Part shown: positions 27,571-35,564 of the stretch, piece by piece
Layout of the letters: each line of letters opens with the position of its first letter
Numbering within the stretch: the first letter of the stretch is position 1
Assembly: GCA_964539595.1 (NCBI GenBank)
Contig: CAZIJT010000001.1
Location: forward strand, 4,142 to 68,141
Source of the DNA: an uncultured Thiohalophilus sp.
GTDB lineage: Bacteria > Pseudomonadota > Gammaproteobacteria > UBA6429 > Thiohalophilaceae
Length of the DNA stretch: 64,000 nt
Direction of reading: 5' to 3'
The notes under the pieces: generated by a model
Told to the model about the DNA's origin: nothing
The model's database searches: none
The model's input: only the letters and a program-made list of their open reading frames with translations
Position numbers and translations under genes: made by a program

Positions 27571-28947
27571 TTATTTCGGGCGCGTGGCTTTGATCACAAT
27601 AATAAGAAAAATGATGCCACCAACAATGGCAACCAGCCCGCCCATTCCCATCAGTCCCATGCCCGCGACTTTCTCAATTCCATCCAGTCCCTGCGCCGCA
27701 CCTGCAGTTTTACGCTGCACCCCATAGCCGCCCGACCAGGCCAGCCCGGTCACATGCATCAATTGTCCAACCGCATAGATAACCGGTTGCAGACGAACCA
27801 TTTTCCCTTCTGGTTTTCTAAAGCCGAGACGCGGCAGTAAATGGTAGGTAATACCCATAAAGGCCAGCGTCACCGCGACAATTGAACCGTGATAATGAGC
27901 CGGTACGGTTACATTGCTGCCACTGATCATAAAACCAATCACGCCACCAACGCCGAATAATAAAATCGAACTCAACAATGCATTGGTTTCTGCGCTCGCC
28001 ATAAGTCGATTGCTACCGACTAACAGGCTATAAACAATAATCAGACCTACTGGCAAGGCCGCCAGTCCTCCACCGTATTGCATCAACCAGGTGATCGCCT
28101 GCAGATGATCACCCCCACCCACATCAAACATGAAATAAACAACGGGTGTACTCAACACCGGGATCACACCCAGAGCAAATAAAACCAGCGCCACTCGCGG
28201 GGTAAGCCGGGGCACGACGCCTGATATTGTCGCCAGACATAACCAGGCCACCAGCATTAGCTGAATATGAACAAATTGTAATGTGTGCCCACTGCCCCAG
28301 AACAGCAGTTCATAATAATGTTTGCCCGTCGCGCTCTCAGGCATCCCGTACCAGGAGGCGAGCAGGGCAAAGACGGCAGTAAATGCGGCAATCAGCGCGG
28401 TGTATAAACCAAAGCGTATCGCGCCCGCGCCACTGATAATCGCGCCGATGGAGCGGGAAAACAGCAATCCACGCAGCACGGTAATGCTAAAGCCAATCCC
28501 AAACATGCCCAGCCCGGTGAAAAAAATCGGATCCTGTAGCACCGGGACATAGTTGTTCATCAGCGGTTCAGCTGCCCCCAGAAACGGGGCGATGACAATA
28601 ATGCAGGATCCGGCAATCGCCAGCCACAAACCCAACCAACCACATGCCGTGCAACGTGCCGTACTGTTAAGACTCCAGAACATGCCGGCATACCCCAGGA
28701 ACCAGACCAGCACGGTTAGATCGACATGCACCACCAAGGCGGTATGAAAGAAATCTACCCAGGGAATAATTTCCTGAATAAACGGTGTTCTGGATAACAC
28801 CAGCAGAATAGTAAACAGACCGGCGACCAGCAGTGAACCAACCGCCAGCATTAACCAGCCTATGCCGATTTGGGTGCTGGCGTGATCATCCGGCACATCC
28901 AGTGAAAAACTGTCTAGCAAGGCATTTGGAGTGTATTCTGTTTTCAT
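27571..28947 (-). CDS. divergent heme-copper oxidase superfamily subunit I-like membrane protein
   Basis: 458 aa with about 12 TM helices. His residues fall in an HCO-like pattern: FFHTALVVH (helix II), FWGSGHTLQF (compare FWFFGHPEVY), D280-H281 where HH is expected, and VPAHYHGSIV (compare VAHFHYV). Confidence 0.55.
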   Translation of the reverse strand: MKTEYTPNALLDSFSLDVPDDHASTQIGIGWLMLAVGSLLVAGLFTILLVLSRTPFIQEIIPWVDFFHTALVVHVDLTVLVWFLGYAGMFWSLNSTARCTACGWLGLWLAIAGSCIIVIAPFLGAAEPLMNNYVPVLQDPIFFTGLGMFGIGFSITVLRGLLFSRSIGAIISGAGAIRFGLYTALIAAFTAVFALLASWYGMPESATGKHYYELLFWGSGHTLQFVHIQLMLVAWLCLATISGVVPRLTPRVALVLFALGVIPVLSTPVVYFMFDVGGGDHLQAITWLMQYGGGLAALPVGLIIVYSLLVGSNRLMASAETNALLSSILLFGVGGVIGFMISGSNVTVPAHYHGSIVAVTLAFMGITYHLLPRLGFRKPEGKMVRLQPVIYAVGQLMHVTGLAWSGGYGVQRKTAGAAQGLDGIEKVAGMGLMGMGGLVAIVGGIIFLIIVIKATRPK

Positions 28948-29109
28948 GTTATCTCGCGTTCGCGTATTGAATCCCGCTAACAGATACCACTGCCAGACAG
29001 AAAAAGAGGATTAAAATACGAGGCCGAATGGTAACAAAGTCGGGTTCAGAACGACACAGCGATTGTGGATCAAACCAGCCTTTGCTAAACGCGCTGTTTT
29101 AGCTTTCAG

Positions 29110-29616
29110 CTATTTAATCGTAAACTGACCCGCACCAGAAATGAATTCAACAATAACGTGCTGCTCAGGTTTGAGGTCAACATCCTGCTCAAGTTTGTAG
29201 ATGGGACCATCAACATTCACATCATCATTAAGCCAGGCAAGCAGGCGATGCTTTCCCGCCGGCACCTTAATGTTGTGATAAATATCGATACCCTGATCTT
29301 TAAACAACCCAAGTGGCATGGCTGTTTTATTGAAAATCACCTCACCGTCCATCTGCAATTCCATCGTGATCGACGAGCGCTCACGGCTGCACTCCATAGG
29401 CTTGCGCATGTTGGGCGCAAGTTTGAGTAATTCTTCCTGAGTCAAGCGCCTGCATTCATCCACATGTTTGCCCACATGCCCCAGGGTAAAGGTAATCAGT
29501 GACTGATCTTTATCAAGTTGATGATAGGTAGGGTACAGGGAAAAATACCACACCAGTCCCATAAACAGACTGTAGTTAAAAATTTGAAGCGGTATCCGTA
29601 AAAAAAACTTATTCAT
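29110..29616 (-). CDS. membrane-anchored beta-rich protein (hypothetical)
   Basis: I used the start MNKFFLRIPLQ, which overlaps the upstream stop (ATGAATAA). It has one TM segment and then a domain of about 130 aa with two Cys. There is no CuA motif. Confidence 0.5.
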   Translation of the reverse strand: MNKFFLRIPLQIFNYSLFMGLVWYFSLYPTYHQLDKDQSLITFTLGHVGKHVDECRRLTQEELLKLAPNMRKPMECSRERSSITMELQMDGEVIFNKTAMPLGLFKDQGIDIYHNIKVPAGKHRLLAWLNDDVNVDGPIYKLEQDVDLKPEQHVIVEFISGAGQFTIK

Positions 29617-31165
29617 GACCAGCCTCACTGGCGCTCGCCTGCTCACGCTTTAGTTGTGCCAGTTTGTGCTGAAATAAATCCAGCTCCTTGCGCAATTTTT
29701 TGCAGTCCGTCTCCACCGCCCTGAAAACATTAATGCGCAGGCGATCAGCTCGCTTGCGTAAACTCGGTTGACGCGATCCGTCAAAACGTTCATCAAACCA
29801 GCGGTTACCATGGCGGTAATAACAATCACCTGTACGACAACCGGTAACAAAAACACCATCCGCACCCTGCTTGAGGGCGTATTCGATCATCGTGGGCGGG
29901 ATCATGCCAACACAGAAATAACTAATCACCGCAATATTAGAAGACTTTAGACCGGCAAAATCGATGGCATTATCACAACCAAATACCACTACCTTGTTCT
30001 CACCTTGAAGCTGGGCAACCGCCGAGCTGACATGCGTGCGGATATCATTGACCGGTTCCTGCGGCATATCGATACCCGTCACCAGTTCTTTTTTCGCATG
30101 TCGGAAAGGATTAGATGAGTGACAGGATCCCACGCAAATTCCACAAGCGGCACACAAATCCTCATGCACAACCACTTCATGCTCCCAGCGCGCGCCATCG
30201 GTGCGCTTCTGCACACTGATAGCGTCGAAAGGGCAATCCATGGCACATTGCTCACAGCCATTACATTCATCCAGATGCACCTCGGCGGCGGCACCCGTCT
30301 TTTTCGGTGGCAACCAGGGCATCAACATTAGAAACACCGTAACGCCGATAGTTAAAACCCAAACCTGTCCAGTTGACCAGTTATCCAGCAGCGGATAAAT
30401 ATTTAAATAAAACCAGTCAATATTCAGCTCCGCCGATGTTTTGCTAATATCCGCCACCTCGTGACTCACTGCCGGGACTATCAATGAGAGGCTCAGTAAG
30501 GCAATAAAACTGCCCACCGCCAGCCCTCTTGGGGCAATAATAGAAACATCGGAAAGGCGCTTAACATGAATCCACAAGGCAAAGGCGAGGAAGACTGGTT
30601 GACCCAGTAGGTGCAAAAATCCCATCAGGGTAAAAAAGCGATCATTAATCTGGCTTTCAAGAAAATTGCGTGACATCGAGGCGGGTAAAAGCGGCAGGGC
30701 GTCCATCAGCTGGGATGACTTGATCGCAACATAAAACGCCAGCTCATCCCACACCAGCCAGTAACCCGTAATCCCCAGGGTCACGACAAACCAGAGCAAC
30801 GGTACTCCAGTTACCCAGGAAAACCAGCGAAATCCCCGATAACGATCCAGCGAAAATTCCCTGAACATATGCAAAATAATGGTGATCACCACGGCATCAG
30901 ATGCATAGCGATGCAGGCTGCGCATAACACCCGCCGCATACCATTGCTCGTTTGTCATATATTCTACGGACGCATACGCACCCGAAAGACTGGTATCAAA
31001 AAAGATAAACAGGTAGAGGCCGCTAACAAAGACTACCCAGAAAAAAAAGAAGGCCAGGGTTCCGAGGTGATAAAGTGGGTTCCACTCATTTCCAAAGGAA
31101 ATATTAAACCAGTTTTCCAGTGCCAGATAACCGCGTTTGGCCGGATTGATATAACTCAAAATCAA
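29609..31165 (-). CDS. fusion protein: bc1/b6-type diheme cytochrome b domain + two 4Fe-4S ferredoxin motifs + MvhD/FlpD-like domain
   Basis: - **Cytochrome b domain:** the N-terminus has MRSLHRYASDAVVITIILHMFRE and GYWLVWDE. A second His pair lies in FLHLLGQPVFLAFALWIHV (four heme ligands).
- **Fe-S motifs:** CNGCEQCAMDCP and CAACGICVGSC.
- **MvhD/FlpD-like domain:** the C-terminus has VVFGCDNA...YFCVGMI...GADGVFVTGCRTGDCYYRHGN. Confidence 0.75.
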   Translation of the reverse strand: MILSYINPAKRGYLALENWFNISFGNEWNPLYHLGTLAFFFFWVVFVSGLYLFIFFDTSLSGAYASVEYMTNEQWYAAGVMRSLHRYASDAVVITIILHMFREFSLDRYRGFRWFSWVTGVPLLWFVVTLGITGYWLVWDELAFYVAIKSSQLMDALPLLPASMSRNFLESQINDRFFTLMGFLHLLGQPVFLAFALWIHVKRLSDVSIIAPRGLAVGSFIALLSLSLIVPAVSHEVADISKTSAELNIDWFYLNIYPLLDNWSTGQVWVLTIGVTVFLMLMPWLPPKKTGAAAEVHLDECNGCEQCAMDCPFDAISVQKRTDGARWEHEVVVHEDLCAACGICVGSCHSSNPFRHAKKELVTGIDMPQEPVNDIRTHVSSAVAQLQGENKVVVFGCDNAIDFAGLKSSNIAVISYFCVGMIPPTMIEYALKQGADGVFVTGCRTGDCYYRHGNRWFDERFDGSRQPSLRKRADRLRINVFRAVETDCKKLRKELDLFQHKLAQLKREQASASEAGHE

Positions 31166-31254
31166 TGTCCCCTGAGATTGCAGATGTTCATGATAATTCC
31201 GAGTAGAATAGTATGGATTTTAGTCGCTGGGACGCAAAGTGTCTTTGATCTTTA

Positions 31255-32142
31255 TCAAATGCCGGGTGGCCGTTTGCCGTACCGGTATTCACGCACAATA
31301 AAAACAATCGTGTAGATGATAATCGACAGGCCGATAAACATGCCGATGAAAAGCGAATAATCAAACTGGTAGCTGTCAGTGAAGGGATCATAGGTGGTAC
31401 AGAAGAAACGTACATCGTCCACCAGGCTGGAAAAAAAGCTCTGACTGGGTTTGGGCTGTCCCAGCACCAGTTCCATCAGGGGTTCAACCAGCAACTGGGT
31501 ATCAAAAACCTCACCATAGACCTGGCGATAAATTTTACCTGTTGCATCGACCACGGTTGCCTGCACGACATGATCAAAACCATTGGGGGAAGAAAAGAAT
31601 TTAAACCCCAGTTCTTTGGTTAACGCAGAAATGGTCTTCCTGTCAGCGCTGAGCAAGTGCCAGTTACTGTTGTCGATTCCCTGTTTTTTGGCAAAATTCT
31701 GCATCGCCTGTGGATTGTCATATTGCACATCAAAGCCAATAACTGCAACGGAAAAACTGTCATCCCCCAATGCCTCACGCGCCTTCTCCACTACACTCGA
31801 AAGGTGGCGAATGGTCATCGGACAGATTGCGTAACAGCTAGTGTAAACCATGCTGATCACCAGCGGCTTACCTAAAAAAATCTCAGTGGATACTGCCCGG
31901 CTATGCTCATCGGTCAAAGAAAAATGACTCAGAGTGCGCCCTATCGCATCCTGACTGGCCTGCAAGGCAGACTTGTACTGAAATTTCTGAATAGATTTCT
32001 GCGGGGGGACTATATCTTCAGAAGTAGCGTGCGCATACAGCGCAGGAAGCATGAGCAACAGGGCGAGAAAAACTGAACGGATACTGAGAATCAGAGGCCG
32101 TGTTATTGAGGTGGTAAAAAACATCAACCACCGTTGGGTCAC
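31255..32142 (-). CDS. Sco1/SenC-like protein with C-terminal transmembrane extension
   Basis: Signal/TM segment, a thioredoxin-fold CxxxC motif (YTSCYAICP), and a FDHVV His block. An extra ~70-aa tail ends in a TM helix. It overlaps the ctaB stop by 4 bp. Confidence 0.7.
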   Translation of the reverse strand: MTQRWLMFFTTSITRPLILSIRSVFLALLLMLPALYAHATSEDIVPPQKSIQKFQYKSALQASQDAIGRTLSHFSLTDEHSRAVSTEIFLGKPLVISMVYTSCYAICPMTIRHLSSVVEKAREALGDDSFSVAVIGFDVQYDNPQAMQNFAKKQGIDNSNWHLLSADRKTISALTKELGFKFFSSPNGFDHVVQATVVDATGKIYRQVYGEVFDTQLLVEPLMELVLGQPKPSQSFFSSLVDDVRFFCTTYDPFTDSYQFDYSLFIGMFIGLSIIIYTIVFIVREYRYGKRPPGI

Positions 32143-32996
32143 AAAACAACTACATCAAGAACTGCGAAAAGCAGCAAGCTAACCAGTTGCACCAGTGATG
32201 CGAAAAAGTTTCGCATGGCCATCTTGGGCGTGGTATCTCCCACTAGCAGGATGCTCCGATAAATGAAGTAACTGCCACCCAAAAGTGCGCCCGCCAGATA
32301 AAGCCAACCCAGACCGTAAAAAAATGGAACCACTGAAACACTTACCAGAAGGATGGCATTCCAGAGAACCGCCTTCGCGGCCGCTTTATCGCCTTTTACA
32401 ACCGGCAGCATAGGAATGCCCGCCGCCGCATAATCTTTGTGCTTGGCAATCGCCAGACTCCAGAAGTGCGGTGGTGTCCAGAGAAACAGCACCATTGCTA
32501 ACGTAATCGGAATAGGCCCCAGATTCGGATCAACCACTGCAGCGCCTGCAAGCACGGCAAAGCTTCCCGATGCGCCGCCAATAATGATGTTGATCCAGGT
32601 GCGTCGTTTTAACCACACGGTATAAACAATGGCATAGAAAAAAGCACCCAGAAAAATAAATAATGCCGCCATTCCATTGAGGGTGTACGCTGCTGCGCCG
32701 ATACCCACTACCAGCATCAGTAGTATTGTCGACAACCAGACAGGATTACTACTGGAAAACTCACCCGTAACAAAGGGACGGTTTCGCGTGCGTTCCATAA
32801 GCCCGTCATAATCACGCTCATAGTACTGATTAAACGCGCCCGCACTGCTGGAGGCCATGAGTATTGTCAAAGCCAGTACCGCGACCTGCCATGCAGGAAC
32901 AGCATCCCCAGGGGTAACAATCATCGCAACAACGGCAGTAATCGTCATGACGACACCGATGCGAATTTTGAAAAGATTAATAAGTTGCCCGACCAT
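32139..32996 (-). CDS. ctaB: protoheme IX farnesyltransferase (heme O synthase)
   Basis: UbiA-family polytopic protein with FNQYYERDYD and a second block, HKDYAAAGIPMLPVV, typical of CyoE/CtaB. Confidence 0.85.
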   Translation of the reverse strand: MVGQLINLFKIRIGVVMTITAVVAMIVTPGDAVPAWQVAVLALTILMASSSAGAFNQYYERDYDGLMERTRNRPFVTGEFSSSNPVWLSTILLMLVVGIGAAAYTLNGMAALFIFLGAFFYAIVYTVWLKRRTWINIIIGGASGSFAVLAGAAVVDPNLGPIPITLAMVLFLWTPPHFWSLAIAKHKDYAAAGIPMLPVVKGDKAAAKAVLWNAILLVSVSVVPFFYGLGWLYLAGALLGGSYFIYRSILLVGDTTPKMAMRNFFASLVQLVSLLLFAVLDVVVL

Positions 32997-33004
32997 GTTA
33001 GCCT

Positions 33005-33057
33005 TATATTCTAGTTATATATTCTAGTGTTACTTCTAGCTAGCGTTACTTCTAGCG
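33005..33057. promoter_or_regulatory. two pairs of direct repeats around four TTCTAG cores, directly upstream of ctaB
   Basis: ATATTCTAGT occurs at 33006 and 33019. GTTACTTCTAGC occurs at 33029 and 33045. The repeats end 10-60 bp upstream of the ctaB start at 32996. Confidence 0.35.
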
Positions 33058-33088
33058 GTGCAGATAGTACAACTCAGAAGGATATTAT

Positions 33089-33202
33089 TTAAGGACGCTC
33101 TGATTAGTCCCGTCGTTCGTGATTCCGTCATTCATGGTGAGCCTGTTGTAAATAACCTCGAACGGGGCTCAGGGAGAACGGAATTAATCAGAGCGTCCCT
33201 AA
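33089..33202. repeat. 18-bp inverted repeat (17/18 match) flanking a 78-nt internally paired core; MITE-like or structured RNA element
   Basis: TTAAGGACGCTCTGATTA at 33089-33106 pairs with TAATCAGAGCGTCCCTAA at 33185-33202. Inner complementary pairs are ATTCCGT/ACGGAAT and GAGCC/GGCTC. Confidence 0.5.
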
Positions 33203-33238
33203 ATAAACAGAGGCTGGGCAGCGGTTATTACGCTGCCC
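33203..33238 (-). terminator. hairpin GGGCAGCG-N7-CGCTGCCC downstream of HCO subunit I, followed by a T-rich tract on the minus strand
   Basis: An 8-bp GC-rich stem lies 18 nt after the subunit I stop. The minus strand continues CTCTGTTTATTTA. Confidence 0.5.
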
Positions 33239-33255
33239 AACGCCTGCCTCAACTA

Positions 33256-34992
33256 CTAACCACCCATCGGCCAGACCGAGGCCAGATACTTCCAGTTAAT
33301 GAAGTAGTAAACCACGAAGGTTACTAGCAGCAAGATCGCCAGGGCGAAGGTTCCCGGAGCTTCGAAGCCAGAGCCGTGATGTTCTTCTTTCGGCTTGGGT
33401 GCCATTTCCAGTCTTTCAGGTTTGGCAATATTATAAACTGATGCTGCCAATGGCTTGCCAATGAAGCACTCCAGGAAACCAGCCGAGGCTTCCAGTTTCT
33501 TACCGAACAGCAGAGAGCCCACGGTAATCAGCAAGAAGGCACCGCCACCTACAATGGCGAGCACACCACCGATACAGCCAATGGCCATCAGGGTATACGC
33601 CATGCCGGAATATTCAAAGGTCAGCAGAGCACCGGTGAAGTCCATATCCCAATGACGACGAGATACACCCAGCGTTCCTGCACCCAGCATGAACAGAATC
33701 AAGATGACCATGCCACCACTGAAAATATACGGTTGCAGTTTGGCTAGCCAGGGGAGGATTATCTGGCGACGGAATAATACTGGAATCAACAGATACGTCA
33801 GCGCCATAAACGCCAGCGTTGTACCCGTCACCACCGTTGCATGGAAATGCGCAGGCACATAAATCGTATTATGGATGATCAGGTTAATCTGCTCTGTCCC
33901 CATGACGACACCGGTGATACCACCAATGAAACCGAAGGTAACCAGCGAGATGAACATGCCAGAGAAGACAGGATTGCCCCAGGGTGCCTTACGCAGCCAT
34001 TCAAATAGCCCCTTGGTCAGCCCCTTACCACGTTGAGCGACTTCGATGGAACCCGGTACGGTCAGACCATGAATCATACTGGCGAGTACGGCCAGGTACA
34101 TGGCATAACTGGTGTTGAAGATTTTCCATTCAGTACTCATGCCCGGATCAACCAGGATGTGATGCGCACTGGCCAGCTGCAGGAAGAAAATATACAGCAG
34201 GAACGCAAAACGGCTGACTTTCTCCGACATGGGACGCGCACCAAACAGAATACCGGCAAGCAAATACCAGATGGCAACATGTGCTGACACGTTAATCTGC
34301 TGTGAGGAGTGACCCAGTGCCCACCAGATCACGCGATACATTTCCGCATCGATGTGATTGATATAACCCACTGACCAAAGAAACGTAGGAACCAGAATAA
34401 TCGCGCCACTTGCAATGGTAAACACGGCAATGATGGCGGCCACAATCGCACCAAAGGTTACAATCGGCACGGAACCGTCATAGGTCTTTTCCTGCTGCGC
34501 AACAACCAGCGTACCGAAAAAGACGAAGACCTGAACCAGCGCGCCGACAGCAAACAGAATCAATCCCAGATAGAAATGCGGTGCCGCCTGCATAGGTACA
34601 TAGGAAGTCATCATCACACTCGAGTTACCCTGAAATACCGCGACATTGTTCATGATCGCGCCAATCAGCATCAGGAAGAACCCGGCCCATGCCCACCCCG
34701 GCGTAGCCAGTCGGCAACGCAGCAAGGTAGTCGAGGCGAAATGCAGGATGGCCATTTCAAAAAAGATAACCCAGAAAATCAGGGCATTGATACCATGCCC
34801 CGTCAACACCTGGTAGAAAAGATCAGCCGAAAGTAGATGCACTTCCTGCCAGCGAGTGAGCACAACTCCCAACGCGAGAATACCGGCTATTAACAAAGCA
34901 ACAACACCGGCAACCGCATTCACCTTCATCAGGCGTTCTGCGTCACGGTTAAAATAAAATCCCGAATCGGGACATTGACGAAATGCAGACAT
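33256..34992 (-). CDS. heme-copper oxidase superfamily subunit I, B-family-like with atypical active-site helix VI (candidate NO reductase or atypical oxidase)
   Basis: 578 aa. Helix II is YQVLTGHGINALIFW. The CuB His lies in WWALGHSSQQ instead of GHPxVY. It has an SAHH pair and a VPAHFHATVV heme-ligand pair. Confidence 0.8.
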   Translation of the reverse strand: MSAFRQCPDSGFYFNRDAERLMKVNAVAGVVALLIAGILALGVVLTRWQEVHLLSADLFYQVLTGHGINALIFWVIFFEMAILHFASTTLLRCRLATPGWAWAGFFLMLIGAIMNNVAVFQGNSSVMMTSYVPMQAAPHFYLGLILFAVGALVQVFVFFGTLVVAQQEKTYDGSVPIVTFGAIVAAIIAVFTIASGAIILVPTFLWSVGYINHIDAEMYRVIWWALGHSSQQINVSAHVAIWYLLAGILFGARPMSEKVSRFAFLLYIFFLQLASAHHILVDPGMSTEWKIFNTSYAMYLAVLASMIHGLTVPGSIEVAQRGKGLTKGLFEWLRKAPWGNPVFSGMFISLVTFGFIGGITGVVMGTEQINLIIHNTIYVPAHFHATVVTGTTLAFMALTYLLIPVLFRRQIILPWLAKLQPYIFSGGMVILILFMLGAGTLGVSRRHWDMDFTGALLTFEYSGMAYTLMAIGCIGGVLAIVGGGAFLLITVGSLLFGKKLEASAGFLECFIGKPLAASVYNIAKPERLEMAPKPKEEHHGSGFEAPGTFALAILLLVTFVVYYFINWKYLASVWPMGG

Positions 34993-34995
34993 AAC

Positions 34996-35532
34996 TTATT
35001 CCCCCACGTAAATCTTGCCAACCATAGTATGGTGGCCAATACCGCAATATTCGTTACAAATAACCCCGTACTCACCTGCTTTATCTGGAGTCATATTTAT
35101 AACCATTTCATAGCCTGGAATCACCTGCAAATTGATGTTAACGGGTTGCAGGGAGAAGCCATGCTGATAATCCATTGCGGATAAATGAAAACGGTAGCTC
35201 TTGTCTTTTTCCAATTCCAGGATCGGCCACCACTGCCACAAACGTCCCAACATGTAGACGTCACTGCCAGCAGGCGGATGCACAACCGGAATACCGGATT
35301 CTTCACGCACCGTGTACTTGTCGATCATTTCCTGAACCTTAACCCCGTATGCAGCAGGCGTGGTTTGATAGGCCTCAGTAGAAAGGTTCTGTTTTCCATA
35401 AATATGCCAGATAGGCATCATGGCAAACATAATTAAACACCAGATCAGGGCAATGGCAATCCACACGAGCTCCTGACGCCCGACAGGCACATTCCACCAA
35501 ATTCGGTCAGAAGGCGGTAAAAATGTAGTCAT
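34996..35532 (-). CDS. heme-copper oxidase subunit II with CuA centre
   Basis: 178 aa with a single TM helix, a cupredoxin His block (DYQHGF) and the CuA motif CNEYCGIGHHTM. Confidence 0.85.
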   Translation of the reverse strand: MTTFLPPSDRIWWNVPVGRQELVWIAIALIWCLIMFAMMPIWHIYGKQNLSTEAYQTTPAAYGVKVQEMIDKYTVREESGIPVVHPPAGSDVYMLGRLWQWWPILELEKDKSYRFHLSAMDYQHGFSLQPVNINLQVIPGYEMVINMTPDKAGEYGVICNEYCGIGHHTMVGKIYVGE

Positions 35533-35564
35533 AACTAATTCTCCTCAAAAAGAAACCGGTTGGC

